A DNA stretch of 63,327 nucleotides, the filler included. It is 4 parts of 4 records of this genome, joined end to end, with 100 filler letters (N's around TTAATTAATTAA, not from the genome) between each part and the next. Parts side by side here need not be neighbours in the genome. Positions count along the whole stretch, not along the records: positions 47,815 to 63,327 come from SRR22947725_4821; 3 more parts are not named here. One strand, 5' to 3'. The notes beneath the pieces are model-generated. The model ran no database searches, was not told the origin of the DNA, and was given only the letters and a program-made list of their open reading frames with translations. Position 1 is the stretch's first letter, and each line of letters opens with the position of its first letter. Made by a program: the position numbers and the translations under genes. Of this stretch, positions 61,334-63,327 are shown piece after piece.

Positions 61334-63138
61334 ATGGCGGCACCAAAGCAAATACATGGGGTCAAGAAGAAGATCCGTAAAAAGAAGCCGCGGAACAAGC
61401 CCATCTTGGAGCCAGGAGCGACGGACTCGCTCCAGGATTCCAGCCTCATTCGAGCATTGGGCTCTCCGGACCGTGACACGCGCGAGCGAGGCCTCCAACT
61501 GCTGACGGCGTGGCTTGAAACGCATGAAGATGTTTCCGAACATGACATCCTGCGATTGTGGAAGGGACTGTACTTCTGCTTCTGGCACAGCGACCTAATC
61601 ACTGTCCAGGTTCGTGAATGCACGCTGCATGACGCCGTTTGTATCCTGGGTGGCGTCTATGGTGCCGTATCGCCCTCTTCTGCCCTATACGCATGACATA
61701 CTCACGTTCCGATTCGGCAATATTGTCGCAGACGGCTCTGGCGGAGCGCCTGGCGGGGCTCATCGTCAACCTCTCTCCTCGGGTGGCGTTGGCCTATTTT
61801 AGGGGCTTTGTGCAGACGATGAGGCGAGAGTGGGCCGGCATTGATCAGCACCGGATGAATAAGTACCTGGTGCTTGTGCGGAAGGTGTACGCGGCCGCGC
61901 TGATGCGGCTAGAGAGGTCCAAGTGGGACCCCGATGTCGTGGAGCGGTACTGTGTGGTCTTGGAGGATGACGTCCTGGCGATGCCGACGGCGAACGATTT
62001 GGGCGCGGGGTTTGCATATTTCGTCTGCGATATTGCCGTGGAGGAGATGGTCAAGGCGGGGGAGGCTTCGGGTGCCGGGAAGAGGCAGTTGAAGGGCAGG
62101 ACGGTGGTGGCGCTGCTGCAGCCGTTTATCGAGGGCATGGTGGCGACGAAGAACAAGATTTTGCTGACCAGGTTGTATACTGGGGTATTTGAGGAAGTTG
62201 CGAGGAATGCGGCAGAGCGGGCGAAGCCGTTCGACTCGGTGGACGTGGTGGGGCTGGCAGAGGACTTGTTTGCAAGAGGTACGTGGTGTATGGGTGGCTT
62301 TGATGGGTCGTGGACGGGGTGAATAGAGGCGATAGAACCGTCGTGAGACGCACCCGGAGACAACTATCTGCGAACAAAATTCGAATTCTTCGGGTTCTTG
62401 CGTTTCGCAGCTGAATCTCTCCGAAGAGCAAGCGCAGTGGTGACTCGGTGCTGCGGCCTTGTACGTTTGCGGCAAGGGTCCCAATCTGACGACATATCGT
62501 TTCTCTCGTCTTTCTCAGGCTCTGATCGCGATACGAGAGCGCCAAACAGGAAGTACATGTACGAGGCCTCGTCCAAGCTCGAGCTGGCCGCGAAGCAACT
62601 CAAGCAGGGGGAAGACTCGGGCGACAGGCAGTCGTCTCGGAAGGCAAAGCCTGGAAATCCAAAGGCCGGCAAGTCAAAGGATGAGAACGCAAAAGTTGAG
62701 AGGGAAAAATCGAAGAAGAAGCAGACAGCGTCCCCGGAGAAGGTGGAGGCCGCCAGAGAGAAGAAGAGGTCAGAGAAACGGGCCACCGCACTCGGGTCGC
62801 CGATCGAGATCGATATACAGGCTTCCAAACCAAAGAAGAAGAAAACCAAACGGGCGTCCTCTGATGGTGAATCAACCCGCAGCGGCGAAAAAGCCAGAAA
62901 GCAGGCGACCAGGGATGGCCAAGCTGCCGACAAGAAGACATCGGAGCGCCCTCCACTCCGCAAGAGCGTTCGAATCAACCTCAAGAAGAACCTGGTGCGT
63001 AGAATTGGCGAGGCACCGTACCCGGAGAACGTACGCACGCCGCCAACTTCAAAGCCAAGAGGTTCTGCCCTCAAGGTCATGGGGGCGACGAACAAGGGGA
63101 GGAGCTCTGTGAAACGTTCCCTCAAGATGATTATGTAA
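61334..63138 (+). CDS. RRP1: rRNA processing protein RRP1/NOP52; introns 61610-61731 and 62279-62518
   Basis: LWKGLYFCFWHSD, REWAGIDQHRMNKY, NRKYMY; two GT-AG introns with branch-like CTCAC/CTGAC join three ORF-track fragments in frame. Confidence 0.9.
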
Positions 63139-63327
63139 CTCGAAGTAGAGCTGCGTATCCCTCGCTCGCGTGCCCGCGAAATATCCTGTCACATCCACAG
63201 CGAAGGAAGACGGCGATCTGCTGGATGACGTGCGGCGCTAGTGCTCACTAGCTCCATACTGGCGGAGTGCGTCCACGGTGTCGGTGTGGCCCTCCTCGGC
63301 GGCAAGCATCAACGCCGTCTTGCCATA

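Noticed and set aside
47767..63125. Many long overlapping or antisense ORFs in the algal contig (e.g. 48627-49697, 53348-54199, 54281-55246, 62364-63125)
   Set aside because: Expected shadow ORFs in GC-rich coding DNA; no motifs.
61298..63138. Three separate ORFs suggesting a frameshifted RRP1 pseudogene
   Set aside because: Two canonical GT-AG introns join them into one intact frame.

Overview
The window is four unrelated contigs joined by identical 100-nt artificial linkers (44 N + TTAATTAATTAA + 44 N). (1) 1-13614: AT-rich Flavobacteriaceae-like housekeeping region (parE-parC, M14 peptidase, Lrp, aroB, proline dehydrogenase, porX-tsaE-AlaDH-DUF4258, lpxD-lpxC). (2) 13715-34294: mid-GC Verrucomicrobia/PVC-like accessory region (SGNH-TPR, DEAD-box helicase, uxaE-sulfatase-acetylesterase, two H-X9-DG prepilin-like genes flanking a DUF885+S9 peptidase fusion, an unannotated decayed copy of that peptidase, orphan FtsW/RodA, FG-GAP proteins). 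(3) 34395-47714: AT-rich streamlined marine alphaproteobacterium-like metabolic region (nitroreductase, SLT, glycerate kinase, GAF protein, HupE/UreJ, DUF2899 transporter preceded by an unannotated 30-aa membrane peptide, L-fuconate dehydratase, lldD). (4) 47815-63327: GC-rich, very compact green-algal nuclear DNA with GT-AG introns (CWC21, PAT1, sulfotransferase, dual-specificity phosphatase, plant-type TPST with an inserted WW domain, PRP6, CUE protein, MFS, RRP1). No rRNA, tRNA, CRISPR array or transposase was seen. Taxonomy and product calls come from motif recognition by eye, not database searches. The best leads are the prepilin/peptidase locus with its deleted remnant, the WW-containing TPST, the small membrane peptide, stop codons embedded in UGUAA poly(A) signals, and a possible bicistronic algal locus.
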